Shown here piece after piece: positions 26,076 to 38,272 of a stretch of 64,000 nucleotides of DNA (position 1 is its first letter; each line of letters begins with the position of its first letter). The notes under the pieces are model-generated. The model had not been told where the DNA came from, did no database searches, and saw nothing but the letters and a program-made list of their open reading frames with translations. The stretch covers positions 184,226,507 through 184,290,506 of the forward strand of contig NC_068981.1 of NCBI RefSeq assembly GCF_001194135.2, read 5' to 3'. This stretch comes from Octopus bimaculoides. Its lineage: Eukaryota. The translations under genes and the position numbers were made by a program.

Positions 26076-27218
26076 AAAGCATGCAATATTTAAAGCAACT
26101 TCACATATAGGAGCCAGCGTGATTTTTTTTTTTTTTAAGTGGGTCTTATATGCCATCAGATACAGTAATTAAGACATTTGCCAAAATGACAACCAATTTT
26201 GAAATAAAAGCCTTAGGCTCCATTTGATACTTGTGTTCACTGATAGTACTTCCTAAGTGAGTAACTAAGACATGTACTTTCATCTTTCTCGACTGAATAG
26301 TCATGTGACAAAGTGTTGCATTTTGGGAAAGCTACCTGTGTCATTTACCTAGCAGTAGAACAAATCGAAAGAAAGTGAGAGAATTTGATTGGAATGAAAG
26401 TTCCACTTTGGTTAGTCTTTCTACAAAGACTAACCAACATAAATAGTTTTCTGTCAATGTATTTTTGTAACATTACCAGTTTTATTTCTCAACACTTTGC
26501 ACTGACTAATCTCTTATTACTTACAAAGCTTATATTCAAGTTTCTGTAAAATCAGACTTCCTGGATTGCCACTGAAACAGATACTTCAGCCATGTGTCTT
26601 CTTTCATGGCCAAATGGTAAAGCTATTTAATTGACACGGTTTAGCTGCTGATCCCAGTGGAGCCATGTCTTTCCTTTGTCATAACTACTCTGATGTTTTA
26701 AGTCTTCAAAGGGAAACAAGGGTGTAAATTAGAAGACTAAACAAATATAGATATAACTTAGAAAGAATTTAGCTTCTTATAGTCATGGGTTGAATGAGAT
26801 AAGCAAAATAAATAAGCAATACAAAGATGTCTAGGACGAGACCATATTGATTTAAGAATGTTTCATGATGGCGTTAGTAAGGATGTGTAGCTGTAAAATA
26901 TATCATTTGCACCAGATTCATCTTCACGTAGTGATTTAGAACAAGACACAATGGAAGAGTTTCCTGGTGCTTTCTCCAGGCCCATGAGAGGATATGAGCT
27001 TACTAACTTCAATTGTTTACTTGTTTCAGTCATTGGACTATGACCATGCTGGGGCACTGCTTTGAAGTGTTTAAAGGAATCCACCCCAGTACTTATTTTT
27101 TGCAAGCCTAGTACTAATACTATTGGTCTCTTTTGCCGAACCACTAAGTTATGGGGACATAAACACACCCGCATCGGTTGTCATGTGATGGTGGGGAGTC
27201 AAACACAGACACACCTAC

Positions 27219-27271
<53 letters not shown>

Positions 27272-27281
27272 NNNNNNNNNN

Positions 27282-27314
<33 letters not shown>

Positions 27315-27964
27315 TGATGGGCTTTTCTCAGTTTTCCTCAACCAAATCCACTCACAAGGCTTTGGTCAGCCTGAGGCTATAGCAGAAGACACTTGCCCAA
27401 GGTGCCACGCAGTGGGGCTGAACCCGAAACCATGTGGTTGGGAAGGAAACTTCTTACCAAACAGCCTTGCCTATGCCTATACAATAAACTTCCACACTGT
27501 TTCTGTCTATCAAATTCACTCACAAGGCATTAGTTGGCTTGGGGCTATAGTAGAAGTCACATGCACAAGGTGCTGTGCAGTGGAACTGAGCCTGAAACAA
27601 CATGGTTGCAAAGCAAACCTCTTAGCCACAGAGCCATGTTTGTGCTGATATAAAGAAGCATTGATAAACTGCAGTTGTTCGGGAATCTTATTTACAGAGA
27701 TGTTCCTAGACAAGTGAGAATTAGGTGTGGTTATTATTGACTCAGTAAAGTGCAGAAGGTAAAATATGAAATATTGTGGTACTAATTTATCAGACGGACT
27801 TACTCAGCTGTGACTCATCAACTAGTTCATTTAAATATTCAAATTTGCTTCCCAACCACATGGTTCCAGATTCAGTTGCACTTGGGGCAAGTGACTTCTA
27901 CTACAGCCTTGCGCTGACCAAAATCTTGAGTGGATTTGGTAGATGGAAACTGAAAGAGGCCTGT

Positions 27965-28006
<42 letters not shown>

Positions 28007-29383
28007 CGTGTGCTTGTCCCCCCACCACTATTTGACAACTGGTGTTGGTGTGTTTACATGCTGCCCCATAACTTAGCAGTTTGACAAAAGAAACTGATAG
28101 AATAAGTACCAGGCTTCAAAAACATAATGAGTACGAGGGTCAAGTCATTCCAGTCTCATGACTGAAACAAGTAAAAGATAACAAAAGATATAAAATCTCC
28201 ATGTACATTTTCTATTATCTTATTTACATCTATTTCTCCGTGGTAGAATATACAAGGAGTTTTGTATTTTATTTTTATAAAGTATCAATATTTACATACA
28301 TGACAAGATGACCTGTCTACCACTAACAATGACACAACAGCCATGTAGAAATGGAACCCATTGTTGATTGGGTGACCTGAGGCGAACGCTTATATCTTTG
28401 CTATGTGTTACATCATAGTAGCTTCTTTAATTTCACAGCCTCATGTACAAAAATGTTTAACTCTTTTACTGTGGAAATCAGATATATCCACCTGAAATTT
28501 CATTTCTCTTAACTGCAGAATGAGTTTTAAATACTAATTTATCATTTGATGAAGAATGGTATGTTTGGAACAATGTTTTGTTGAGACATGTCAAGTATAT
28601 TGAGGCAATGTGACTTGCAGAAAATACCAATTCTACTTTTTGGTGGCTATTTAGCATCATTAGTGGAATAACTATTAATGGAATAATCAATTTCACAGTT
28701 GAAGGATTAAAAGAAGGAAAAAGACACATATGTACAGAAATGTTTACAAGAAGGGGTAAAAGAAAACCTAGAAAGGATTTTGTCTAAAATTCTAGGAATC
28801 ACTTAAATGTTTTTATAACAAGAAATAAACAAGAACCATGTCTCCACTCTTGCAAAAAACCAAAAAAAAAACCGGTTCTGATTCTGTCTGACTCCATCTC
28901 TTTACTAGAAAAAAAAGAATCTGTATATTAAACAAATGATGTGGAAGGAGAGCTTCTTTAGTACATTGACCTGACATCAGAAGTGTGAGTTTTATGTAGA
29001 TCCTGCCATTTTGATTGCTTTGTCTGCTGAGTATGATAACAGCAACACACATTCACTGGACAAAATGGGGTCACTACCCATTGAACAATCTAAATAGCAG
29101 GACCTACATAAACTCACAATTCTAAAGCATTCACTTCTAATGATGGCCTTTGTGCCTGAAATATATAAAAGTCACTTAACTTCTCATTTTCACATTGTCA
29201 GAAGCTCTTCTTCATTATATGTTATTTTACTTCTGTCTTACAATGCTTCAAGCAAACTACACCACTCTTCAACTGCATATTTTTTCTATGACACCAACAA
29301 TGCTTATTTCAACAGACAGCTGTTTCAAATATTATCTAATGAGGTTAAATGAGGCTGAAACATTAGACAGGAATCTAACTTAC

Positions 29384-29544
29384 CGATTATATATTAATCC
29401 TGTAAGTGGATAATCAGTTAAAACCTTCATGTTATCGTAGTTTTCAATATCATTTCCCCAAGCAATAAGTGACAAATTTTCTCTGACACACATCTCCATA
29501 AGTTCTGTATCTTTCAGTAACTCTTCTGCATGAGCACAAATACC
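29384..29544 (-). CDS. GPCPD1: GPCPD1 exon 16 (GICAHAEELLKDTELMEMCVRENLSLIAWGNDIENYDNMKVLTDYPLTGLIYN)
   Basis: ttctatttttaag acceptor, gtaagt donor; phase 0/2; matches GINVHTEDLL...WGDD...GLIYDR. Confidence 0.94.
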
Positions 29545-29635
29545 CTTAAAAATAGAAAATAAACAAAGAATGTGTAGATTAGAACAGGGTTTGGTTGTGT
29601 AGTTCGTCGGACAGTTTTGTTCTATTTTAACAAAA

Positions 29636-29671
29636 CTCTCCGACGAACGGGAACGTGAAACTGAGTAACAG
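29636..29671 (+). ncRNA. minimal hammerhead-like motif with U4C core and GNRA-capped stem II
   Basis: ctct-CCGACGA-ACG(GGAA)CGT-GAAA-C(TGA)G-TA^ACAG; the inverted copy at 29602-29621 shows ctgt, which would make stem I perfect. Confidence 0.55.
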
Positions 29672-30126
29672 CTTTTTGTTATATTTCTGCTGCTTTTAAA
29701 TAAAGCATATTACTCTACCTCTGGTATTTGAGTGCTCTTTTTTTCCACCTTGTTTCACATTTATGTGCTTACTCCGGTATATATATATATGTTTGTATGT
29801 CTGTGTTTGTCCCCCCACCATCACTTGACAACCGATACTGGTGTGTTTACTTCACCGTAACTTAGCGGTTCGGCAAAAAAGATCGATAAAATAAGTACTA
29901 GGCTTAAAAAGAATAAGTTCTGGGGTTGATTTGCTTGATTAAAAGGTGGTACTCCAGCATGGCCGCAGTCAAATGACTGAAACAAGTAAAAGAGCAAAGA
30001 GTCTCTTTGAGTGGCTCCTTGTTTAGAGGTAAAGCTAAAAGTGGGTAAGTTTTACCTTCATTGTATTCCCTAAATTTAATGTTAATTTTCATAGAATCAA
30101 CAAACAATGGTGAAAGAACTACTCAC

Positions 30127-30262
30127 AGTAAGAGATTCAGCCTTTGCAAAGCTAATAGCAGTGCTTGTTGTATGGCAACGGGCATCCTTGTAGGAGACCC
30201 AATGACTATTTATTCCCTGTGTCAAAAACAGAACAGGATACTTGTTCTGTTTTAAATGTAAC
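30127..30262 (-). CDS. GPCPD1: GPCPD1 exon 15 (LHLKQNKYPVLFLTQGINSHWVSYKDARCHTTSTAISFAKAESLT)
   Basis: ttattttcaacag acceptor, gtgagt donor; phase 2/0; KQNKYP.LFLTQG motif. Confidence 0.96.
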
Positions 30263-30294
30263 CTGTTGAAAATAAAAAATAGAAATAACGAACT

Positions 30295-30858
30295 TATTGT
30301 ATACAGAGCTCAGGTACACTACAACTCATCGGAAAAAGTAGCCAAAAGTGCATGAACAGTACCTAGAATAAGCACAGGATGTGAACAGTAAATGAGTCAT
30401 TAACAAAAAAGGTGAAGGTGAAATGGGGGTATCAGGTATACTGTTGGTGAATGTCAGGAAATATGGAAGTTTTGAAGGATGTAGTGTCCTGACAACTAAC
30501 AACTGATGTGGGTAGTTTATTCCATGCTTCAGCAATTCTGAGTGGGAAAAAATGTTTCTAAAAGTCACGGGTGCTGAGTTGTTCTTTGATTTTGTAAGCA
30601 TGTCCACATGTGTTAAACATATGGAATTCAAAAAAGTGCCCAAAGTTGTTGTTGGAAAGATGATGGATAATTTTGTGGGTGCCTACCAAGTCAGTTGCCA
30701 GATGTTGGAGTTTTAATGTGTCAATACCCAAGGAACCGAGATCTTCAGAGTATGGTAGATGCCTGACAGTGGGTACTCGTTTGGTTGCATGTTTCTGAAT
30801 AGTTTCCAGGGGATTGATATGCTGAGCAAGTTAGGGGTTCCAGATTGGTGATGAAACA
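30295..30858 (-). mobile_element. second diverged copy of the same CR1/L2-type LINE 3' fragment
   Basis: colinear nucleotide similarity with 325-860. Confidence 0.75.
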
Positions 30859-31625
30859 ATGAAAATCAAAACCTCAAAACGATTGTTGTGGTAGTTTAGC
30901 CTCCAGCTTTGACTGAGAGACATTCCTGTCATGACGATCCCACATGTGAACAGTAAGTGATTAACTTAAACTCCAGGGTTGTCTCCCTTGACCAGCATTG
31001 ATTATCGAGCACATGAATGCTTTTCTTATTACATAAATCTCAATAATAATAATCTTTTCTACTCTAGGCACAAGGCCCGAAATTTTGGGGAGGAGGCCAG
31101 TCGATTAGATCAACTCCAGTATGCAAATGGTATTTAATTTATCGACCCTGAAAGAATGAAAGGCAAAGTCAACCTCAGAGGAATTTGAACTCAGAATGGA
31201 GCAGCTAAGCATTTCACCCGGTGTGCTAACGATTCTGCCAGCTCGCCACTTTAAATAGTAATAATAATAATAATAAAGTTGTTTGTCATTGTCATCTTCG
31301 TTATTATTATTATTATCTAATGTCAATTTTCCATATTGGTATGGGTTGGACGGTTTGACAGGAGCTGGCAAACTTGATGGCCGCACCAGGTTCCAATTGT
31401 CTGTTTTGGCATGGTTTCTACTTGTTGGATGCCCTTCCTAATACCAACCACTTCACAGAGTGTACTGGATGCTTTTCATGTGGCACCAGCTAGTGACCCA
31501 AAGCTAGCGACTTACTATGTTGTTATTCAGAGTTTTCTCACTAGGTAACATCATATAACAACAGTCCTTGCTGACAAACATACATTTGTGGTAAAACTTT
31601 TAAGGAACAGTATATTACAATGTGT

Positions 31626-32192
31626 GGATCTTTTTTAAAACGGGGGCCACATTTTTCATTAACGAAACACTTTGAAACTTGGAACACTGGTAGAATGTGT
31701 CATATAAAACATCTTTTTCTCTTAGTCTTCTTAAAAAAAAAGAAATCCATAAGTTATTCCATGTTAAAGTTGTCGTATTTCTGTAATTTCAACCAATCAC
31801 TGACGTCCATTCAGCCGATATACATTAAGTGCCGACTACATAAACAAACGATTCTGAAACAATTAACCCTAACCCTAACCCTAGGGTTAGGGTTAGGGTG
31901 AAAGCAAATTTAAAATGAAAAAAGCAAATAAAACGAAGGTATGGAGATTAAATACGCTTTACATCGCTTAATCAGCCAAAGGAGTAAATGTAAACAACTG
32001 AATACTTGTCAGTGATTGGTTGAAATTATCGAAATAAGACAATTTTTTACATGAAATAAATTCGAATACAAAAATATTTTTCTGTTCTATAACACAAAAT
32101 AGATAAGTATACGAAGTTTGAAAGTCTTTCCGTACCAAAAACACTACGTAAAACATTAATGAAAAATGTGGCCCCCGTTTTAAAATAGATCC
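31626..32192. mobile_element. 567-bp non-autonomous TIR element (Merlin-like MITE), copy 2
   Basis: 8-bp TSD caatgtgt (31618-25 / 32193-200); 37-bp TIR GGATCT(T/A)TTTTAAAACGGGGGCCACATTTTTCATTAA with 1 mismatch; 34-bp telomere-repeat palindrome 31866-31899. Confidence 0.88.
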
Positions 32193-32721
32193 CAATGTGT
32201 TATTATTGTTGTTTAGCCACCCGAACCCCTCACTACCCAGCCCTCATCTGGCAGATCCTGTAATTAAAAGATGTTGCAGTTATGACTTTCCATTTTTTTT
32301 CTTTTGTATTAAGTATGATATACTTAGGGCTGCATCATCAAATGTGCTCATTTTCAAAAGGCAGTAGAGTGTTATTTGTATCCTTCATTACTCAGTCAAA
32401 TATGATGCTTATTTATTCACATGGTTTTCAATTAATCATGCAATATCTTGTAACTTTAAGATTTTGATGCTATGTCTAGTTATTTAGAATGGCATTATAG
32501 AGTATGTGTGAAAGGTTGGATCTAACTAGTTTTAAAATAAAGCAGATAGACTATTTTGGCCAGATAAGGCTGGTTTAAATGCATAAGTGTAGAGGGAGAA
32601 TTGGCTGCTATGTCTACCCGACCAGTATACTATCTCAAGGAATTATAACTCATTAAATAGTATATGGTGAATCTAAACATACATTTTTCTACAGAGGTAA
32701 TAAAAAGACAGCTGTACTTAC

Positions 32722-32852
32722 ATACAACATAAATCTGGTTCAAATGTTGACAAAATAATTTTTCGCTTTCCTGAATGCTTAAATATTTTAGCCAATATAA
32801 CATCCAGAAAAAAGTTGGCATCAAAGATGTCCTCGCTTTCCATTGTGTCATC
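32722..32852 (-). CDS. GPCPD1: GPCPD1 exon 14 (DDTMESEDIFDANFFLDVILAKIFKHSGKRKIILSTFEPDLCC)
   Basis: poly-T acceptor, gtaagt donor; phase 0/2; matches [33 protein letters not shown]. Confidence 0.95.
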
Positions 32853-32915
32853 CTAAAAAAAAAAAGGAAAGAAAACCATGACTATATATACATATCTATA
32901 TATATATATCTATAT

Positions 32916-33113
32916 CTTGATTCGCCATGATAGATCGCTAGCCACTACACATTCTTTATTTTCTCTCCTTGTTTCTTTCTGTGTTCCTTTCTGTGGAAGA
33001 GCATAGGCTCGAAACGTTAAAGTCTTTTTCACTTCCCGAACGTTAAATTAATACATCTGTTTGTTGTCTACACCACCTGTCTTCGTCTTTTGATTTTCTT
33101 TGTGAATTTTCCC
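32916..33113 (+). mobile_element. ~200-bp repeat inserted in (TA)n, with a hammerhead-like fold
   Basis: flanked on both sides by TA microsatellite; homologous copies at ~46045-46235 (-), 22572-22690 (-, cut by gap) and ~12140-12232 (+, 3' part). Confidence 0.7.
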
Positions 33114-33622
33114 TATATCTATCTATCTATATATATACACGTACATGGATAGATAGAAGGGTTTCCATGTTTTGTAAGCAATGGTGCCACACACACTGGG
33201 TTTGCAAAGCAAAAAATGCGCAAATGTCATCAAACTGTTGATGCAGAAACTTAAAATTCTGAATGTAAGTTTCTATAGCTGTATCAGTCAATAAATATAG
33301 TTCTCTATTTCCAATGATATTGAGGCCTATCTCTTTTAAGGCCAGCGATTTTGAGTGGTGGGGCTAGTTGATTTCATCGACACACATGGAAGCCTGTCAA
33401 GTATGTGTGTGTATTCCTGACAAGTGTTAGTTTATTTATGTCCCTGTAACTTAGTGGTTCAGCAAAATATCAATAAAATAAGTACTTGACTTTAAAGTGA
33501 ACATAAGTACAGGGGTCGATTTGTTCAACTAAAACCCTTGGTTTTGGTGCATCAGTGTGGTCACAGTCCAATGATTAAAACTCGTATAAAACAAATAAAT
33601 GAAAGATAAAATTAAAACTTAC

Positions 33623-33744
33623 AATACATTCTAAAGGGTATTTAATTTCTACATTAAATCCAATTTCTTCAGGAACTTCTTCAAGACATTTCTCAAGAGT
33701 AGGAAAGGGTTGGTCAGGGTCACCGTTTGTTTTGGTGATTGGCA
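33623..33744 (-). CDS. GPCPD1: GPCPD1 exon 13 (PITKTNGDPDQPFPTLEKCLEEVPEEIGFNVEIKYPLECI)
   Basis: ttcgttttgtag acceptor, gtaagt donor; phase 1/0; PFP.L and GFN.EIK GDPD motifs. Confidence 0.95.
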
Positions 33745-35162
33745 CTACAAAACGAAGAGTTATCAATGAACAACAAAACAACAATAATAATTCTTTCTAC
33801 TATAAGCATGGGGCCTGGAATTTTGGAGGAAAGGACTAGTCGATTACATTAAACCTCAGTGCTGAACTGATACTTATTTAATTGATCTCGAAAGGATGAA
33901 AGGCAAAGTTGACCACGGTGGAATTTGAACTCAGAATGTAAAGCTGGGAGAAATGTCACTAAGCATTTTGTCCAGTGTGTTAATGATTCTGCCAGTTTGC
34001 TACCTTTTAATGGTTGTAAAGTTTGACATAAGGCTAGCAATTTTAAGTGTATAAGTGACTGAGATTATGACATTATCCCCTAAAAGAGGATGCTAGTCCA
34101 TCACAGGGTTAACTTCCCAGCTCTTGCTGGAACTCATTTCCTGCAGAGTGCACTGGAGTAACACAAAATGAAGTGTTTTGCTCAAGAACTCAACACATTG
34201 CCCAGTCTGGGAATTGAATCCACAATTTTAAAATCACGAGAGCAACACCCTAACCACTAAGCCATGCACCTCCATGTATTTAGTCCTCTGGAATTCCCTT
34301 GTGATTATTGACCCATAGACATTTAATCTTTTAGCATTCAGATTATTCTATCAAATGTAATATTTATTTATTCACATTCTTCTGAAGTAATCATACATTG
34401 TCTCGTAGCCTTGAGATTTTGATGATGTGGTTGTTTATTTTTAGAATGATATTGTAGGATATGTGTGAAAGGCCAGATCTGGGTAATTTGAACATAAAAC
34501 ATGGATATAGCGAAAATATCTAAATGTTAATGGGTTAAACTAAACCTCAACTACATTAAGCTGTTAGCATTCATATTACCCAGTCAAACGTAATACTTAG
34601 TTATTCACATTGTTCTGAAATTATCATACATTATCTTGTACCCTATCTTGTAACTTTGAAATTTCAATGATGTGGCTGTTTATTTTGAATAACATTGTAG
34701 GTGGGTGTGACAGGCCACATCTGACTGGTTTGAACATACAACAGATAGAATATTTGGGCTGATTTAAATGCTGAAGGGTTAATCCCAGCAGTGTGGGAGG
34801 GACTGCAAAAGTGTCAGGTACTACTCCTTCTTCCCTAACTCCCTACACTTTAAAAAGTATAAATAACCAGAATTTCATTAAAATTAATTTAGGAGAGGTT
34901 CTAGAAGAGTTTTTCCAGATTCAGAATCTTATATTACAAACAATTCATCCTGACAGTATCATTTGGGTGCCAATACATTTCATCTTTACAAATCTGAATC
35001 TTATTTTATGTGACACATTCCAATAAAGACAAAATCAGAAATGGATAATGTTCTAGTGGAAGGGATAAACATATAGCAGTTGGACCTTAATGAGGAATAA
35101 ATAGAAGGATGATAGGAAAATACTGAATCCAAATGTGAAAGCTAAACTTTCAATGCAGCTAA

Positions 35163-35225
<63 letters not shown>

Positions 35226-35273
35226 ATTTTATAAAAACACATGCTCTGAACTGAACAGTAAACCAGAACTTAC

Positions 35274-35307
35274 TCCAATAATCAGGTTCTTTCAAACGGT
35301 AGAACAG
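35274..35307 (-). CDS. GPCPD1: GPCPD1 exon 12, 34-nt mini-exon (LFYRLKEPDYW)
   Basis: ttttgcttttcag acceptor, gtaagt donor; phase 0/1, which is needed to join exon 11 (ends phase 0) to exon 13 (starts phase 1). Confidence 0.8.
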
Positions 35308-36256
35308 CTGAAAAGCAAAATTAGAAAAGTATATTTAATTTCAATTTTGAGTCAATGGAATATCTTCTGATTCTTTGTGAATAGATTATTAAGGACTTGT
35401 AGAACCATGTGTAATTTGAATGTAAAAACATTGATAAGTGACTGAGTGAAATGTATGTAAGGTGACTCAGGGCTGGATTAAGACCCACAAAGGCCCTAAG
35501 ATTTTTGTGCCCCCGTAATTCCAAATATAAATAATAATAAACCATAAAATAAATTTTTATTTTTCAAAATGAAACAAAAAGATGGAAATTAATGTTTATT
35601 TTTCTGTACTTTCACTTTATTTATATTTGAAAATTTTCTTTTCTTTTTTTTAAATGCAAAGCCTTTGATCAGTTTCTCACTATGACATCATGAATACTTC
35701 AAAATCATATTTTAGATCATATAAACCACTTCAAATAATATTTTAGCAAGTTTAAAGTGATTTCTTTTGTGCTGTAAACCATTTACCATTTCTGTGGTGC
35801 CCCCTGCTTCTCTTGGTGCCCTATGCACATGCTTATTTTGCTTAATGCTGAGGTGTCTGTATGTAAGAATGCCTGCATGTGTATATGTATGTGAGCATTC
35901 ATATATATGCAAAAGAAGGTTGTCTTCCTTATAACACTTGAGGTAATATATTCATAAGTTTGCAATAATTAATTTAAGGAAAAATTAATTTCTGTATTCC
36001 ATACATTTTAACCCTTTACTGTAGAAATCAAAATATATCAACTCAAAATTTCATTTCCTTGTGCAGAAAGCAATCTATCTTTCGTTGAGGAATGCCATGT
36101 TTGAAGCTATTTTGTGTTGAGATATGTCAAGCTTATGGAGGCCACAAGACTTGCAGAAATAAAATCAATTCTATTTTTTTGGTAGATATTTAACAGTATT
36201 AACTGGAATAACTATGAAATTTAATTTTGCAGTTAGAGAGTTAAAAAAAAACTCAC

Positions 36257-36337
36257 CTTTAATGACTGTAATTGGTTTAATGTAAGATTTTTGATTGACA
36301 TTTTTGTATGGTTGTCAAGCAAAGTCATTGGATCTTT
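36257..36337 (-). CDS. GPCPD1: GPCPD1 exon 11 (KDPMTLLDNHTKMSIKNLTLNQLQSLK)
   Basis: tttcatttccag acceptor, gtgagt donor; phase 0/0; matches IPVKELTFDQLQLLK. Confidence 0.92.
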
Positions 36338-37804
36338 CTGGAAATGAAATAAAATAAAGATGATATATTGCTGAAGTTTAAAATGGTTGGATATTAGTTT
36401 GTGCAGATATCTATGGAAAAAGAAAAGGGTTATTATAATCATCATCATCATGACTATTGTTTTAATGTCCACTTTCCCATGCTTGTGTAGGTCACACAGA
36501 ATTTGTTGAGGTAAATTTTCTATGGCCAGATGTCCTTCCTGTTGCCAACTTTCACCTGTTTCCAAATAAGGTAATATTTCCCCATGGCCAGACATGTTTT
36601 CACAGGTTAAAAAAAAGAAAAAAAAAAAAGAAAATATATATATACATATATATCATCATTTAATGTCTGCCTTCCATGCTGGCATGGGTTGGACAGTTTG
36701 ATAGGAGCTGGAAAGGCAGAAGACTGCACCAGACTTCTGTGTTTGCTTTGGCACAGTTTTCACAGCTGGATGCCTTTCTTAACATCATGTATAGATGTAT
36801 GTGTGTGTGTGTGTGTGTGTGTGCGCCCTTAGAGTTTACTACCCCACTTGGCAACTGATAAATATACCAACATCACATTATAAAAGGGCATCCAGCCATA
36901 GAAACCATGCCAAAGCAGGAGAGATAATGTGCAGCCCAGTCAAATCAGCTCCTATCAAACCATCCAGCTCATGCTAGCAAGGAAAGTGGATGCTAAATGA
37001 AGATGTGACTTAGTGGATCAGCAAAAGGGACTGACAGAATAACAACCAGATTTTTAAAAAAAAGTGCTTGGGTCGATTTATTTCACTGAAACCTTCAAGG
37101 TGGTGCCCCAGCATGGCCACAGTCAAATGACTGAAACAAGTAAAAGAGTAAAAGAGTTGTTNNNNNNNNNNNNNNNNNNNNNNNNNNNNNNNNNNNNNNN
37201 NNNNNNNNNNNNNNNNNNNNNNNNNNNNNNNNNNNNNNNNNNNNNNNNNNNNNNNNNNNNNNNNNNNNNNNNNNNNNNNNNNNNNNNNNNNNNNNNNNNN
37301 NNNNNNNNNNNNNNNNNNNNNNNNNNNNNNNNNNNNNNNNNNNNNNNNNNNNNNNNNNNNNNNNNNNNNNNNNNNNNNNNNNNNNNNNNNNNNNNNNNNN
37401 NNNNNNNNNNNNNNNNNNNNNNNNNNNNNNNNNNNNNNNNNNNNNNNNNNNNNNNNNNNNNNNNNNNNNNNNNNNNNNNNNNNNNNNNNNNNNNNNNNNN
37501 NNNNNNNNNNNNNNNNNNNNNNNNNNNNNNNNNNNNNNNNNNNNNNNNNNNNNNNNNNNNNNNNNNNNNNNNNNNNNNNNNNNNNNNNNNNNNNNNNNNN
37601 NNNNNNNNNNNNNNNNNNNNNNNNNNNNNNNNNNNNNNNNNNNNNNNNNNNNNNNNNNNNNNNNNNNNNNNNNNNNNNNNNNNNNNNNNNNNNNNNNNNN
37701 NNNNNNNNNNNNNNNNNNNNNNNNNNNNNNNNNNNNNNNNNNNNNNNNNNNNNNNNNNNNNGTGAGTGGATTTGGTAGACGGAAACTGAAAGAAGCCCGT
37801 CGTA

Positions 37805-37847
<43 letters not shown>

Positions 37848-38179
37848 ATATGTTTGTGTGTCTGTGTTTGTTCCCCCAACATCGCTTGACAACCGATGCT
37901 GGTGTGTTTATGTCCCCGTAACTTAGCGGTTCGGCAAAAGAGACCGATATGATAAGTACTAGGCATCCAAAGAATAAGTCCTGGGGTCGATTTGCTCGAC
38001 TAAAGGCGGTGCTCCAGCATGGCCACAGTCAAATGACTGAAACAAGTAAAAGAGTAAAAGAGTTGTTAGTTTTTACATCTATTTTTCTATACTAGTATCC
38101 ATCAGATATTTGCAGGAATTTTTACAAAAGGTGTCGCAGTTGTTTTAAGCTGTGTTGAAGTTTTAAAATGAAATCTTAC

Positions 38180-38272
38180 CTGTTCCATAGCAATATCAAT
38201 AGAAAAGTCATGGTAAATCACAGGTACATGATCTTTTGTTAAGTGCACATCCATTTCAACAAAATCAGCGCC
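38180..38272 (-). CDS. GPCPD1: GPCPD1 exon 10 (GADFVEMDVHLTKDHVPVIYHDFSIDIAMEQ)
   Basis: ctcccttgactag acceptor, gtaaga donor; phase 0/0; metal-binding ExDV and catalytic YHD motifs. Confidence 0.96.

Noticed and set aside
31866-31899. Head-to-head telomere repeats as an ancestral chromosome fusion site
   Set aside because: The motif is internal to a TIR element present twice with distinct 8-bp TSDs, so it arrived by transposition.
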